From IMG/VR virus record IMGVR_UViG_2721755523_000003, positions 1 to 64,000 of that record: 64,000 nucleotides of DNA; one strand, given 5' to 3'. Positions within the stretch are counted from its first letter, which is position 1. Every line of letters begins with the position of its first letter. The notes under the pieces are model-generated. The model saw only the letters and a list, made by a program, of their open reading frames with translations. It did no database searches and was not told where the DNA came from. This stretch comes from a virus (lineage: Duplodnaviria; Caudoviricetes). This document shows, piece after piece, positions 9,898-19,142 of the stretch. The position numbers were made by a program, and so were the translations under genes.

Positions 9898-12800
9898 TCA
9901 GGCTCCCAACTGGATCTTTTGCTGCTCGATCACGCGCAGCACCTCGCGGGCCAGCGCCTCGATGGACTGTTGGCCAGTCAGGTTTGTGGGAACGGGGTAG
10001 GCCATGCTGTTGCCGATGTAGATGTTCACGATGCGGTCGATGCGCCCACCACCACCTTCGCCACCTTCGCCACCACCGCCGCCTCCTTGCCCACCGCCGC
10101 CAGTACCGCCGCCACCAACCTCGCCTTCGGCCTTCTTCTTGGCGGTCTCCATGGCTTCGCGGATCTTCAGCGCGTCAAGTTCCCGGTCGAACTCGAACAT
10201 GGTGAGATCGCGCATGTAGTTGCCCAACTGCCCGGCCGTTGTACGGAACGGGTTGTCACGCTCGTACTGCTCCAGCCATGCCTGTTTCCAGGCCTCGGCC
10301 TCCTCCCGGCTGTTGAACGTGGGCACAAGATCCTGGGCAGCGGTCGTGCCCCTGTTCATGTACTTGGAGTCGTCGACCTCGCGGTTGCGGTTGTCCTGAC
10401 GCTGCTGGAAGGCTGCGCTCAGCATCTGCCCCTGCTTGACCAGTTGCTGGACCTTGTCGGAGACCTTGTCTGCCTCGATGCCCATGCTGCGCAGCACCTC
10501 GGCCGCCGTGCGGCCCAGCTTCTTGAAGGAGTCGCCCGCGTCATCCGTGGAGCGGCGCAAGTCCCCCATGGCCTTGAGCGTGGCCCGTCCTGTCTCGTCC
10601 ACCTCGATCTTGAAGCCGCGCACCGCAGCCATGGACTTGACCCATTCGGGCGCAATGCCCTTGTTGGCGGCGATCGCGTCTTCGGCCGCCTTCTTGAAGC
10701 CTTCGCTCAATTCCCGGGCACTGGCCTTGCCGGAGGCCACCATGAATTCATAGGCAGATCGCGAGCTGCTCGCCACTTGCTTGAGCGCCTCATCTGAGGT
10801 GATGCCCAGCGCCTTCATGGCCTCGCGCAGGCTGTTGATGCCTGGCTTGGCCTTGTCCAGGGCATCGGACAATTCCAGCGCCTTGGTCTTCGCCTGGTCG
10901 AGGAGTCCGTCCGCCACCTTGTCGCCCAAGACCTTGCGCAGCTGCTCGACGCGCACGCGCACCTCGTCGAGGGCCTTCTGGCTGTCGGCGGTGTTGATAG
11001 CCTTGACCAGGCTGGCCTCGAGCACGCGGCCGGTGTCAATGCCCTGCTGCTTGAGACGATCGAGGCCCCGAATCACGACATCAAGATCATTCAGCGCGCT
11101 GCGCGACGCCTTGCCAATGCCGCCCTCCAGGGCGGTGAACTCCAGCCCCGTGCGCTGCACGGCGGCGCGCAGGACGTTGTCCATCATCTCGGCCACGCGC
11201 TCACCCTCGCGCGTGGCCGCCGCCAGGGCGCCCTGCAGGCGTTGGCGCAGGGCATTGACCACTTCCTCGGAGGCACCGGCCTGAATGGCCTCCTCGATCT
11301 GCTTGCCCAGCTTCCTGGCATCGCTCCCCGCACTGGCGAAGGCCTGGCGCGCCAGGATCTCGAACTTCATGAGATCCTGGCCCTCGAGTGCCTTGGCCCA
11401 GGCGCCCTGGAACTCGCTCGCACTGAGCTTGCCGTCCGCGACCAGCTTGTCGAGCACGGCCGAGGCATTGCGGATGCCCGGAGCCGACCCCAGATCGAAA
11501 TCCTTGCCGATCTTGGAGATGGCCTCGGCCGCCGTATCGCCCTCCTTGCGCAGCTTGTCGAACTGGCCAATCAGGCCCGTCGACTCCTTGTTCAGATCGA
11601 AGCTGCGGTTGCGCACCTCCTCCAGGGCCACGGCTTGGCGGCGCAGGGCCTCGGCATGCTGCCTGGCAGCCTCCTCGGCCAGGCGGGTCTGCGCTTCGTT
11701 TTCCTTGAGCGCATCGCTGTGCCCCATGACCTTGGCAGCCGTTTCGCCCATCCACGTGCCGAGCTTCTTCAGCTCAGGCAAGAAAGCGACGACGGAAACA
11801 GCCAATCCCACAGGGCCGCCCAGAAACCCCGTGACAGCCCCTATGCCCCGTCCAAGCAGCCCGACCTTGCCAGTGGCGGCCGTTGCGGCGGCCCCCAGGG
11901 CGCCCTTCGCGGCCGCCGCCGTGGTCAATGCGGCAGTGCTGCGGGCGGCCTGGCGCTGCAGCTCGGCCTGCGACACGCTGACACCCTTGAGGGCATCGCC
12001 GAACCCTGCCCAGGACTTGGCATTCGCAGCCTGTGCCGCCGTACTGGCAGCCGAGGCCGTGGCGTTTGCCGCCTGGGCCGCCGCACTGGCGTTCACCGCA
12101 ATGGCATTGGCGCGGTGCGCAGCCGTGTTCGCGGTTGTAGCCACGCTGTTGGCCTCGACCGCCTGCGTGGCCGCCAGCGTCTTGGCCGCCCAGCCCGCGA
12201 ACCATTCGGAGATCTTGGCAATCTGCATGGCGCCCCAGACCTTGCCGGCCGCCGTCAGCGTGTTGACCAGGATGTCAAGATTGCCGGCCAGGGCGTCGAT
12301 GACCTTGGCCGCGTTCGCGCTGCTGATCAGGCCCTTGTCGGCCGCGCCCACGTACAGTGTCCACTGCGTGGAGAGGTTCTGCAAAGCACGTCCCACGGTG
12401 GGAGGCAGCTTGCCATACTCGCGCGCCACTACATCTGCCTGGCCTTCCAAGGCCTTCATCACAGTTTCCGCCGTCAGGGCGCCCTGCCCTGCCATCTCCC
12501 GCAGCTCGGCCGTGGTGACGCCCAGCCCCTTGGACAATGCTTCGGCCAGGCGGGGAGCCTGCTCCATGACCGAGTTGAATTCTTCGCCCCGCAGCACACC
12601 TGACTGCAAGCCTTGAATCAGCTGTGTGAGTGCCGCCTTGGCGGACTCAGCGGCGCCGCCCGACAGCTGTGTGGTCTGGTTGATGGTGGTAGTCAAGCGC
12701 AGCGCGCGCTCTTGCGCCGCAGCTGCGGCCATGCCGCCTTCCTGTGACGCCTTGGTCAGACGCGCGAACAGGTTGCCGGTTTCTTCCAGCGAGCTATTGG

Positions 12801-13830
12801 TCGCAAGGGCCACGCGCTGCACGCCCCCGAAGGACTTCTCGAACAAGGGGCCTTCGCCGGTGGCGAGCTTTACACGGGCCTCGAGGTTCTTGAATTCGTC
12901 GGCCGTCGCAGCAACGTCTTTTATCAGCCCCCCGAAGTAGCCGCCCCCGATAGCAACCGTGGCGATCTGCTGGATGCGCTGCAGCTGCGTGCTGATCGAG
13001 GACATTCCCTCGCGCAGCGTGCGCTGGTTCGCGGCCTGCACCTGGGTAGACTGGGAGGATGCCGCGGCGGCCTGCTGGTAGGCTGGCGCCATGGCCGTGA
13101 CCGCTTCGCGGACCTGTTGCACGGCGCCCTGCAGATTACGCTCCTGCGCTGCCAGGTTCGTGGTGCTCAGGCCCACGGCCTGCATCTGGTCCCGCACCGA
13201 TGCCAAGGCGCCGTTCTTGACGCGCAGTTCGCTCGACAACCTCGCAGCGCTGCCAATGGCCAGGTCGTATTCCTTGCGCAGGGCAGCTTCTGCGTTCTGC
13301 GCTGCTGTGGCGGCCTGGGCTGCCTCACGCTGGCCGGTCTGCTGGGCCTTCAGCTCGTTCGTCGCAGCCTTGATGCCCTCTTTCAGTCCGTTGACGGTAG
13401 CACGGTAATCGTCGGTGCGCCGGGCCGTACTGGTGGTTTCGTCACGCACAGCCTTCAGCGCATCGCGCTTGCGCTGCAGATCTGCCTGGGCCTGCTGGGT
13501 TGCCGCTGCCGCAGTCTTTTCGGCTGCAGCCAGAGTCTGGGCCTTGCCTGCGGCATCCTGCACTTCGTTGCCCAGGCGGTCCACCGTGGTCACAGTCTTC
13601 TCGAAGGCCAGCGACAGGGCCTGCGTTTCGGTGCGCAGCCGGCCAAATTCGCTTAGCGCCCGTTGCTTGGCTCCCAACGCCTCCAGGGCCTGGGCCGCGT
13701 CCTGCGCGCTTTTTTGCAGGTCGCCCTCGAGCACATCCCCGACATCTCGCAGCGTCTTCGCCAGTTGCTCGGCATCGGCCTCTCCCTTGACGGCGGCTTC
13801 GATGTCATATTTGATCTTTGGGTCTGCCAT
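9898..13830 (-). CDS. Tail tape measure protein
   Basis: 1310 aa Ala-rich helical protein with the tape-measure GVLRGEEFNSVMEQAPRL motif; Gly-rich C-terminus. Confidence 0.9.
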   Translation of the reverse strand: MADPKIKYDIEAAVKGEADAEQLAKTLRDVGDVLEGDLQKSAQDAAQALEALGAKQRALSEFGRLRTETQALSLAFEKTVTTVDRLGNEVQDAAGKAQTLAAAEKTAAAATQQAQADLQRKRDALKAVRDETTSTARRTDDYRATVNGLKEGIKAATNELKAQQTGQREAAQAATAAQNAEAALRKEYDLAIGSAARLSSELRVKNGALASVRDQMQAVGLSTTNLAAQERNLQGAVQQVREAVTAMAPAYQQAAAASSQSTQVQAANQRTLREGMSSISTQLQRIQQIATVAIGGGYFGGLIKDVAATADEFKNLEARVKLATGEGPLFEKSFGGVQRVALATNSSLEETGNLFARLTKASQEGGMAAAAAQERALRLTTTINQTTQLSGGAAESAKAALTQLIQGLQSGVLRGEEFNSVMEQAPRLAEALSKGLGVTTAELREMAGQGALTAETVMKALEGQADVVAREYGKLPPTVGRALQNLSTQWTLYVGAADKGLISSANAAKVIDALAGNLDILVNTLTAAGKVWGAMQIAKISEWFAGWAAKTLAATQAVEANSVATTANTAAHRANAIAVNASAAAQAANATASAASTAAQAANAKSWAGFGDALKGVSVSQAELQRQAARSTAALTTAAAAKGALGAAATAATGKVGLLGRGIGAVTGFLGGPVGLAVSVVAFLPELKKLGTWMGETAAKVMGHSDALKENEAQTRLAEEAARQHAEALRRQAVALEEVRNRSFDLNKESTGLIGQFDKLRKEGDTAAEAISKIGKDFDLGSAPGIRNASAVLDKLVADGKLSASEFQGAWAKALEGQDLMKFEILARQAFASAGSDARKLGKQIEEAIQAGASEEVVNALRQRLQGALAAATREGERVAEMMDNVLRAAVQRTGLEFTALEGGIGKASRSALNDLDVVIRGLDRLKQQGIDTGRVLEASLVKAINTADSQKALDEVRVRVEQLRKVLGDKVADGLLDQAKTKALELSDALDKAKPGINSLREAMKALGITSDEALKQVASSSRSAYEFMVASGKASARELSEGFKKAAEDAIAANKGIAPEWVKSMAAVRGFKIEVDETGRATLKAMGDLRRSTDDAGDSFKKLGRTAAEVLRSMGIEADKVSDKVQQLVKQGQMLSAAFQQRQDNRNREVDDSKYMNRGTTAAQDLVPTFNSREEAEAWKQAWLEQYERDNPFRTTAGQLGNYMRDLTMFEFDRELDALKIREAMETAKKKAEGEVGGGGTGGGGQGGGGGGEGGEGGGGRIDRIVNIYIGNSMAYPVPTNLTGQQSIEALAREVLRVIEQQKIQLGA

Positions 13831-13852
13831 GTTGGCGCTCAGAGGTCAGGTG

Positions 13853-14035
13853 ATGAGAGGATTGATCTGGTGCATCGCACTGGTGTGCGCGGGATTGCCG
13901 CTAGCCCTGCTGGGCCTGTGGCTGGATTCCGAGCGCCTGATGGCGATCGGCGCCGGGGCCATCGCCACCGTGGTGGTGGGATGGCCGGTGCTGCTGCTGA
14001 TGGGCGCGGTACAGACGTCTGCACCGCGCCGCTGA
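13853..14035 (+). CDS. Small two-TM membrane protein antisense to the tail operon (moron-like)
   Basis: 60 aa MRGLIWCIALVCAGLPLALLGLWLDSERLMAIGAGAIATVVVGWPVLLLMGAVQTSAPRR; fills the gap between MTP and TMP exactly; AGAGG upstream. Confidence 0.6.
   Translation: MRGLIWCIALVCAGLPLALLGLWLDSERLMAIGAGAIATVVVGWPVLLLMGAVQTSAPRR
14009..14024. promoter_or_regulatory. 16-bp palindrome copy 1 (GTACAGACGTCTGCAC), candidate parS/operator
   Basis: Core of a 28-bp inverted repeat (14003-14030) with one mismatch; motif recurs at 23068 and 35074. Confidence 0.5.
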
Positions 14036-14812
14036 TCAGTCGCCTGCGGTCGGGAGACGGACCTCGTAGCCCTCGGTCTTTCCGGGCGGCGTGACGATCT
14101 TCCCGGTCAGCGTGATGGCTGAGTAGTCCGAGCCCAGGAAGTCGAAACCGCTGTTGGCGCCCAGCACGCATTCGTGGACGTCCGCTTCGACAGGCGACCC
14201 GTCGACCATGTTCTTTCCATCGAAGCGCGCCTGGCAACGCACCTGGGTGACACGCCCGCCCAGGATCTTCTTGCCGTCGACAGCCTGGTACGTCGCGGTC
14301 AGCTTCACCACATCGTTCTTGCCCGGCGCGCCGTCGACCGCAAGAACACGGATCTCCCCGCGCAGCCAATTGACCTCGTAGTGGGTGCCAAGGACAAATG
14401 GATCGCCTGCGCCATCGGGGGCGAGAGAGAACCCCTGCTCCACCAGGTTGCGCTTGCCCACCGACAACCAGACGCCCACGGCGCTGATCGTCATTTCTTG
14501 AGCGGTGATCGTGCCGGCGCCCTGGGTGAGCTTCGCGACCAGGCCCTGGAACTGCATCGCCATTGCGGTCGTGCTGGCGGCCGACAGCTCGATAGTGATC
14601 TCGGTGGGCTTGGGCAACACCACCGAGGCCCGGGCCTGGCCATAGTCGAGGTGCGACCGGGATTCAGAGACCTTCTCCTCGAAATTGGGCTTGATCTCGA
14701 ACTTGTCGGCATCCAGCGACGGCCCGAACCCGTCATAGGCCAAAGTGGCCGTGTTCCACGGGTTCAGCGAGACAAGGCCGCCAGCCAGGATGGCGCGTGC
14801 TGTAGTAGACAT
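14036..14812 (-). CDS. Major tail (tube) protein
   Basis: 258 aa from MSTTARAIL (RBS AAGGA); located between the tail terminator and tape measure. Confidence 0.75.
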   Translation of the reverse strand: MSTTARAILAGGLVSLNPWNTATLAYDGFGPSLDADKFEIKPNFEEKVSESRSHLDYGQARASVVLPKPTEITIELSAASTTAMAMQFQGLVAKLTQGAGTITAQEMTISAVGVWLSVGKRNLVEQGFSLAPDGAGDPFVLGTHYEVNWLRGEIRVLAVDGAPGKNDVVKLTATYQAVDGKKILGGRVTQVRCQARFDGKNMVDGSPVEADVHECVLGANSGFDFLGSDYSAITLTGKIVTPPGKTEGYEVRLPTAGD

Positions 14813-14877
14813 GGTGATTTCCTTCCAAAAAAACAAAACCCGCGCGAGGCGGGCAATCTGCTGAGTCGATCCGGCGC

Positions 14878-15339
14878 CTATGTCGGATCGCGGTAGGCGA
14901 GCGTGAACAGGCCCAGCACCAGGGCGCCGCCCACGTCGATGTTTTCGAGCTGGTAGCGCACCTCGCCCTCGGCCATGCCGCCGCCCTCGATCTCGATGCC
15001 CATCCGCGTGAGCAGCGGCATGCACTCGAGCACGGCCCGCTTGGCGACGCGGTAGTCGCCATGGGCCTGCTCGCGTGCGGCTTCCACCCGGCTGATGACA
15101 CCGAGGGAGAATCCGTAGGAGCGTCGGGAACGCTGGCCGGGCTGGTCGCCCCTGGGCTTGTCCGCCTGGTCCTCCACGAACAGCACCCGCCCGCCCGCCT
15201 TCAGGTCGGCAGCGGCCAAGGGGTTGTCGCGCAGCACAGCACCCTGCAGACCTGGTGCGGCCTGCAGCGCCTGGTAGACGGTGCGTCCGATCACGAAAGG
15301 CGCGCCATAGCGCAGCACGTCAGGATGGGGCTGGCTCAT
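14878..15339 (-). CDS. Tail terminator/completion-like protein
   Basis: 153 aa, position between head-tail joining and major tail genes. Confidence 0.55.
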   Translation of the reverse strand: MSQPHPDVLRYGAPFVIGRTVYQALQAAPGLQGAVLRDNPLAAADLKAGGRVLFVEDQADKPRGDQPGQRSRRSYGFSLGVISRVEAAREQAHGDYRVAKRAVLECMPLLTRMGIEIEGGGMAEGEVRYQLENIDVGGALVLGLFTLAYRDPT

Positions 15340-15671
15340 GGCTGCACGCTGCCCAGCAGCGCCTCCATCTCAGATCCATCGTTGACGCGCTTCGGCTCGG
15401 CCAGTACGCGGAAACGGTCACCGATCCGCACGCCGATAGTGGGCTCATCGGCCAGCATGATCAGCACATCGCGCTCATGCAGGCCGTGGATGGAAGGCAG
15501 CCGCAGCGTGCGCTCTGCAGCGAAGACCCGGCCATCCAAGGCCTCGTCGTCCATGACGCCGAGAATCCCTGCGGCCGAGCCCACGACTGCACCCTGGCGC
15601 TCGATGGAGAACGTCAGGGCGAAGTCGTCGCCGTAGAACACCTCGCGCAGGTCGCGGTCGAGGTCCAGCAT
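15336..15671 (-). CDS. Head-tail joining protein (lambda FII-like)
   Basis: 111 aa, MLDLDRDLREVFYGDDFA N-terminus and position. Confidence 0.65.
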   Translation of the reverse strand: MLDLDRDLREVFYGDDFALTFSIERQGAVVGSAAGILGVMDDEALDGRVFAAERTLRLPSIHGLHERDVLIMLADEPTIGVRIGDRFRVLAEPKRVNDGSEMEALLGSVQP

Positions 15672-15673
15672 GG

Positions 15674-16078
15674 TCAGGCCTTTCCGCCCTTGGCCTGCTC
15701 GGCTGCTGCCTTTTCAGCGGCCAGGCGCTCGGCTTCGGCCTTCTCGGCTGCCGCCTTCTCAGCAGCCAGGCGCTCGGCTTCGGCCCTCTCGGCTGCTGCC
15801 TTCTCAGCGGCCAGACGCTCGGCTTCGGCCTGCTCGGCCGCTACCTTCTCGGCAGCCAGGCGCTCGGCTTCGGCCCTCTCGGTTGCCGCCTTCTCAGCGG
15901 CCAGACGCTCGGCTTCAGCCTTCTCGGCTGCAGCACGGGCCGCGTCGATCGCCGGGTCTTCCAGCACGCCCAGCGCGACCAGGGCCGCGCCCTCGTCGGC
16001 CTTGAGCGTGATGGTGCTGTCCACGTTGTGGCGCTTCCCGTCATGCTTGACGGGTGACAGTACGGTGTATTTCGGCAT
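15674..16078 (-). CDS. Head-associated small protein with 15-aa E/A/K repeats
   Basis: 134 aa from [14 protein letters not shown]; C-terminal ([15 protein letters not shown])-type repeats. Confidence 0.7.
   Translation of the reverse strand: MPKYTVLSPVKHDGKRHNVDSTITLKADEGAALVALGVLEDPAIDAARAAAEKAEAERLAAEKAATERAEAERLAAEKVAAEQAEAERLAAEKAAAERAEAERLAAEKAAAEKAEAERLAAEKAAAEQAKGGKA
15698..15933. repeat. 45-bp tandem repeat, about 5.2 units
   Basis: Units such as CTCGGCTGCTGCCTTTTCAGCGGCCAGGCGCTCGGCTTCGGCCTT repeated with synonymous variation. Confidence 0.9.
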
Positions 16079-16083
16079 GGCCG

Positions 16084-17025
16084 TTACGCTGCTGCCGCGC
16101 CCTGGAACAGGAAACCCGCCGTGGCGCCGACCAGCTCGGGGCTGTAGGCGTCGCAGACAGGGTAGTACCAGGTCTGCTCGTTCTTGCCGAAGTACGGCTC
16201 TTCGACCTGGGGGCGGTCCTTGAGCTGGTAGGTGTAGCCGTAGTTGGGAGATCCGCGCTGTTGCATGGAGGCCGGCGTGGTGTAAGCCAGGATGGCGTCC
16301 AGGCCCCACATGTCCTTGAAGCCACCGTCCTCGTAGTAGGTGGCTTCGCCTTCGACGATGCGATCGATCTCCAGCAGGCGCTGCAGCTGCTCGATGGTCG
16401 CCGGCACACGGTCCACCGTCACGCTGATGCGGTCCAGGATCTTGGGGTGGTTGCGCAGCGCCGACAACACCCGGGGGCCGAGGGTCATGACATTGGGCTT
16501 CTTGCCGATCTTCTTGCGGATCACTTCTTTGGCCTCGTTGAGATCCTCGGCCGGGTTGCTGTTGGGGTCGGTCCACTTGCTGGAGCCGGACAAGGCCGTC
16601 TTGTTCTCCGTGGGGTAGTTGGCAGGGTTGCGCGCCAGATCGGCTGCGAGCTTCTCGCGCTCATTCGCCATCACGTCCTGCACCGTGTTGACCGCCATGG
16701 CGCCCATGTCGATGCCGGGCACGGCCTGGGCTTCCTCTTCATTCTCGATGGGCACCTGGCCTTCCAGGCGGTGGTCCACCAGCGAGTACTTGCCCTTGGC
16801 ATAGCCCAGCTGGATGCGCTTGGTGTTCGCACCAGGCGCACGTGCCGTGTTCACCAGGCGAAAGCTTTCAGGGCCGAAAACCAGGATGGTGCCGGCTCGC
16901 TGGCCGACCTGCACGACGGGAAACAGGATGCTGGCGATCTTGGCATTCGGCGAGCCGTAGCCCCGCGCCACCTCGGTGAGGATGGGATCGACGACGCGGA
17001 GATCGGAAAGGTTGGGTTGCGGCAT
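16084..17025 (-). CDS. Major capsid protein
   Basis: 313 aa, [13 protein letters not shown]-terminus; follows the decoration and protease genes. Confidence 0.85.
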   Translation of the reverse strand: MPQPNLSDLRVVDPILTEVARGYGSPNAKIASILFPVVQVGQRAGTILVFGPESFRLVNTARAPGANTKRIQLGYAKGKYSLVDHRLEGQVPIENEEEAQAVPGIDMGAMAVNTVQDVMANEREKLAADLARNPANYPTENKTALSGSSKWTDPNSNPAEDLNEAKEVIRKKIGKKPNVMTLGPRVLSALRNHPKILDRISVTVDRVPATIEQLQRLLEIDRIVEGEATYYEDGGFKDMWGLDAILAYTTPASMQQRGSPNYGYTYQLKDRPQVEEPYFGKNEQTWYYPVCDAYSPELVGATAGFLFQGAAAA

Positions 17026-17061
17026 GAGTTTCTCCAGAGAATGATTCAGGGATGGGATGGA

Positions 17062-17433
17062 TCAGGCGGCAGCGCTGACCAGGCCGGCGGACGGAACCAG
17101 CAGCACCTCGATGCGCTCGCCTGCTGCGGCAGCTACGCCGAGCGCCCGGGCCACGGGGCTCTTGCTGCCCACGGTCAAGGGCACGACACGGCCCTGCGCG
17201 TCGACCATGAGGGCTGCGTCCAGAGAGATGGCAGCGCCCGCCTCGACGATGGAGGTGCCCTGCACATCGACGGGCAGCAGATCGCCCGCCTGGGCTGCGC
17301 TGGTGCGCGTAACGCCGAAGGCAACGCCGCCGGCGACGGGATAGCCGCCGGACTGCGTGACGAAGCGTTCGGCCGAGACGGCGGCGCTCGCCACCACGGT
17401 GAGGGTGAGAGTGGAAATGTTCCCGGAGGGCAT
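17062..17433 (-). CDS. Capsid decoration/cement protein (DUF2190-like)
   Basis: 123 aa from MPSGNISTLTLTV; G/A/V-rich beta protein between protease and MCP. Confidence 0.75.
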   Translation of the reverse strand: MPSGNISTLTLTVVASAAVSAERFVTQSGGYPVAGGVAFGVTRTSAAQAGDLLPVDVQGTSIVEAGAAISLDAALMVDAQGRVVPLTVGSKSPVARALGVAAAAGERIEVLLVPSAGLVSAAA

Positions 17434-17470
17434 GTTGTGCTCCTGGTGAGGGGGTTGACGATTCGGGCGC

Positions 17471-18826
17471 TCAGCTGGCGTAGCCCAGTTCCTTGAGCGC
17501 GGCGACGAAGCTGATGCCCTTCTCCTTCGCCAGGGTCTTGGCCTCTTCGATCTGCTGCACCCTGGTCTTTTCGCCCTTGTCGGCCGGGGCGGCGCTACCC
17601 TTGGCGGCCGGCGGCGCATCCTGCTTGTGAGCCTCAATGGCAGCAGCACGCAGCGCCTTCTCTGCACCCAGCACCGCCAGGCTGGCGTCGGCGGCCGAGG
17701 TCTTGCCATCGAAGGCCAGGCCCTGCAGCAGCTCCTCGTGGCCGGGCAGGCCCTCGCCCACGGCGAGGACCGCCTTGATGCGGTCGCGCTCCTGGGTGGC
17801 GCCCAGAACGATGAACTCGGCCTTGATGGCCGCGAAAATGGGGGCGTGGTCCTGCTCGAAAGACGCACGCGTGATGGGATCGGACATTGATGTTTCCTTT
17901 GGATCACGGGTTGAGGTTTTGTCTTTGGGCGCAGCACCGGCGCTTGCTGACGGGGCCACCGGCTTCTTGATCACGGCCTTGCGGCGCGACGCGAACTCAG
18001 TGGGATCTGCGGCCATGCGGTCCAGCAATGCGTCGAGGGTGGAGACACCGTCCACCAACCCCGCATCGATGGCCTGCTGGCCACGGAACACGCGGCCATC
18101 GGCCATGTGCTCCAGAACTTGCTCGGCGCTGACGCCCCGGTAACGCGCAACGTCGTCCACGAAAAGCGTGTAGACGTAGTCCACGTCCGCCTGGACAACG
18201 GCCCGAGCCTCATCGGACAGGGGCTCGTTCGGCTTGGACAAGCGCTTGTATTTGCCCGCCGTGATGCTTTCCTGCTGCACGCGAGACGAGGGATCGAACT
18301 CGCGGTCCACCACCACGCCGATGCTGCCCACGCTGACGACAGAGCCGCTGACAAAGATGGCGTTGGCGCCGCTGCCGGCCCACATGCCCGCGCTCAGCAG
18401 CATCTCGCTGGCGTGCACGACCAGCGGCTTGATGGCACCGGCATCGTGTATGGCCTGGGCGAACTCCGGCACGCCGATCACGTTGCCGCCAGGCGTGTCC
18501 ATCGCCACGACGATGCTGCGCACCCGCGCGTCTGCCAGGGCGCTTTCAATCTGCAGCGTGGCCTGCCGGGTGCTGATGCCGCCCGACACCCGCATGAACA
18601 GGTTGGCCTTGGGGGCCATCACGCCGGACAGCTTCAACAGCGCCACGCCGCCGGGCAAGACCTCGTACTCCTGCTGTTCGTGCGCCAGCGGCCGGCCCAG
18701 CCGGGCCTCGATGGCGTCAAGGTCCAGCTTCTCGCCGCGCAGGTGCATGGCGTAGATACCCTGGATCTCCCGCAGCATGCCCGGCTCGATGGCCCAGGCG
18801 CCAAGAATCATGTCGTGCAGCGTCAT
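17471..18826 (-). CDS. S49 capsid maturation protease with C-terminal scaffold
   Basis: MDTPGG, LLSAGMW, VGSIGV and DGRVFRG S49 motifs; low-complexity scaffold C-terminus. Confidence 0.88.
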   Translation of the reverse strand: MTLHDMILGAWAIEPGMLREIQGIYAMHLRGEKLDLDAIEARLGRPLAHEQQEYEVLPGGVALLKLSGVMAPKANLFMRVSGGISTRQATLQIESALADARVRSIVVAMDTPGGNVIGVPEFAQAIHDAGAIKPLVVHASEMLLSAGMWAGSGANAIFVSGSVVSVGSIGVVVDREFDPSSRVQQESITAGKYKRLSKPNEPLSDEARAVVQADVDYVYTLFVDDVARYRGVSAEQVLEHMADGRVFRGQQAIDAGLVDGVSTLDALLDRMAADPTEFASRRKAVIKKPVAPSASAGAAPKDKTSTRDPKETSMSDPITRASFEQDHAPIFAAIKAEFIVLGATQERDRIKAVLAVGEGLPGHEELLQGLAFDGKTSAADASLAVLGAEKALRAAAIEAHKQDAPPAAKGSAAPADKGEKTRVQQIEEAKTLAKEKGISFVAALKELGYAS

Positions 18827-18830
18827 GGTG

Positions 18831-19142
18831 TCAGCCTCCCCTGCTCGGCCCGCTGCTCAGGTAGCGGTTCACATCGTTCATGGACTTCTGCAGATCCTTG
18901 ACGTCGCGCCGGATGTCCGTCAGCGTTTCTTTCATGCGCGAGTCCTGCTCGCGCATGCGCTCGATGGCGACGGTGGCCTGGATCTCGGTGACGCTGACGC
19001 GCTTGTCCAGCGTGCTGTACGCGGAAAAGCCGGCCACCAGAAAGCCGACGAAGGTCAGCATGTGACCGAGGTTGATCGTCGGGTCGAACACCATGCGGCG
19101 GCGGTGGTGGGTCTCGGTCAAGGGGGCGAGATCAGTGCTCAT
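18831..19142 (-). CDS. Single-TM plus coiled-coil protein between portal and protease
   Basis: 103 aa from MSTDLAPL; TM INLGHMLTFVGFLVAGFSAYSTL followed by heptads. Confidence 0.65.
   Translation of the reverse strand: MSTDLAPLTETHHRRRMVFDPTINLGHMLTFVGFLVAGFSAYSTLDKRVSVTEIQATVAIERMREQDSRMKETLTDIRRDVKDLQKSMNDVNRYLSSGPSRGG

Noticed and set aside
10022-10130. Poly-Gly/Pro run at the tape measure C-terminus
   Set aside because: Simple low-complexity linker, common in tape measure proteins; no further structure
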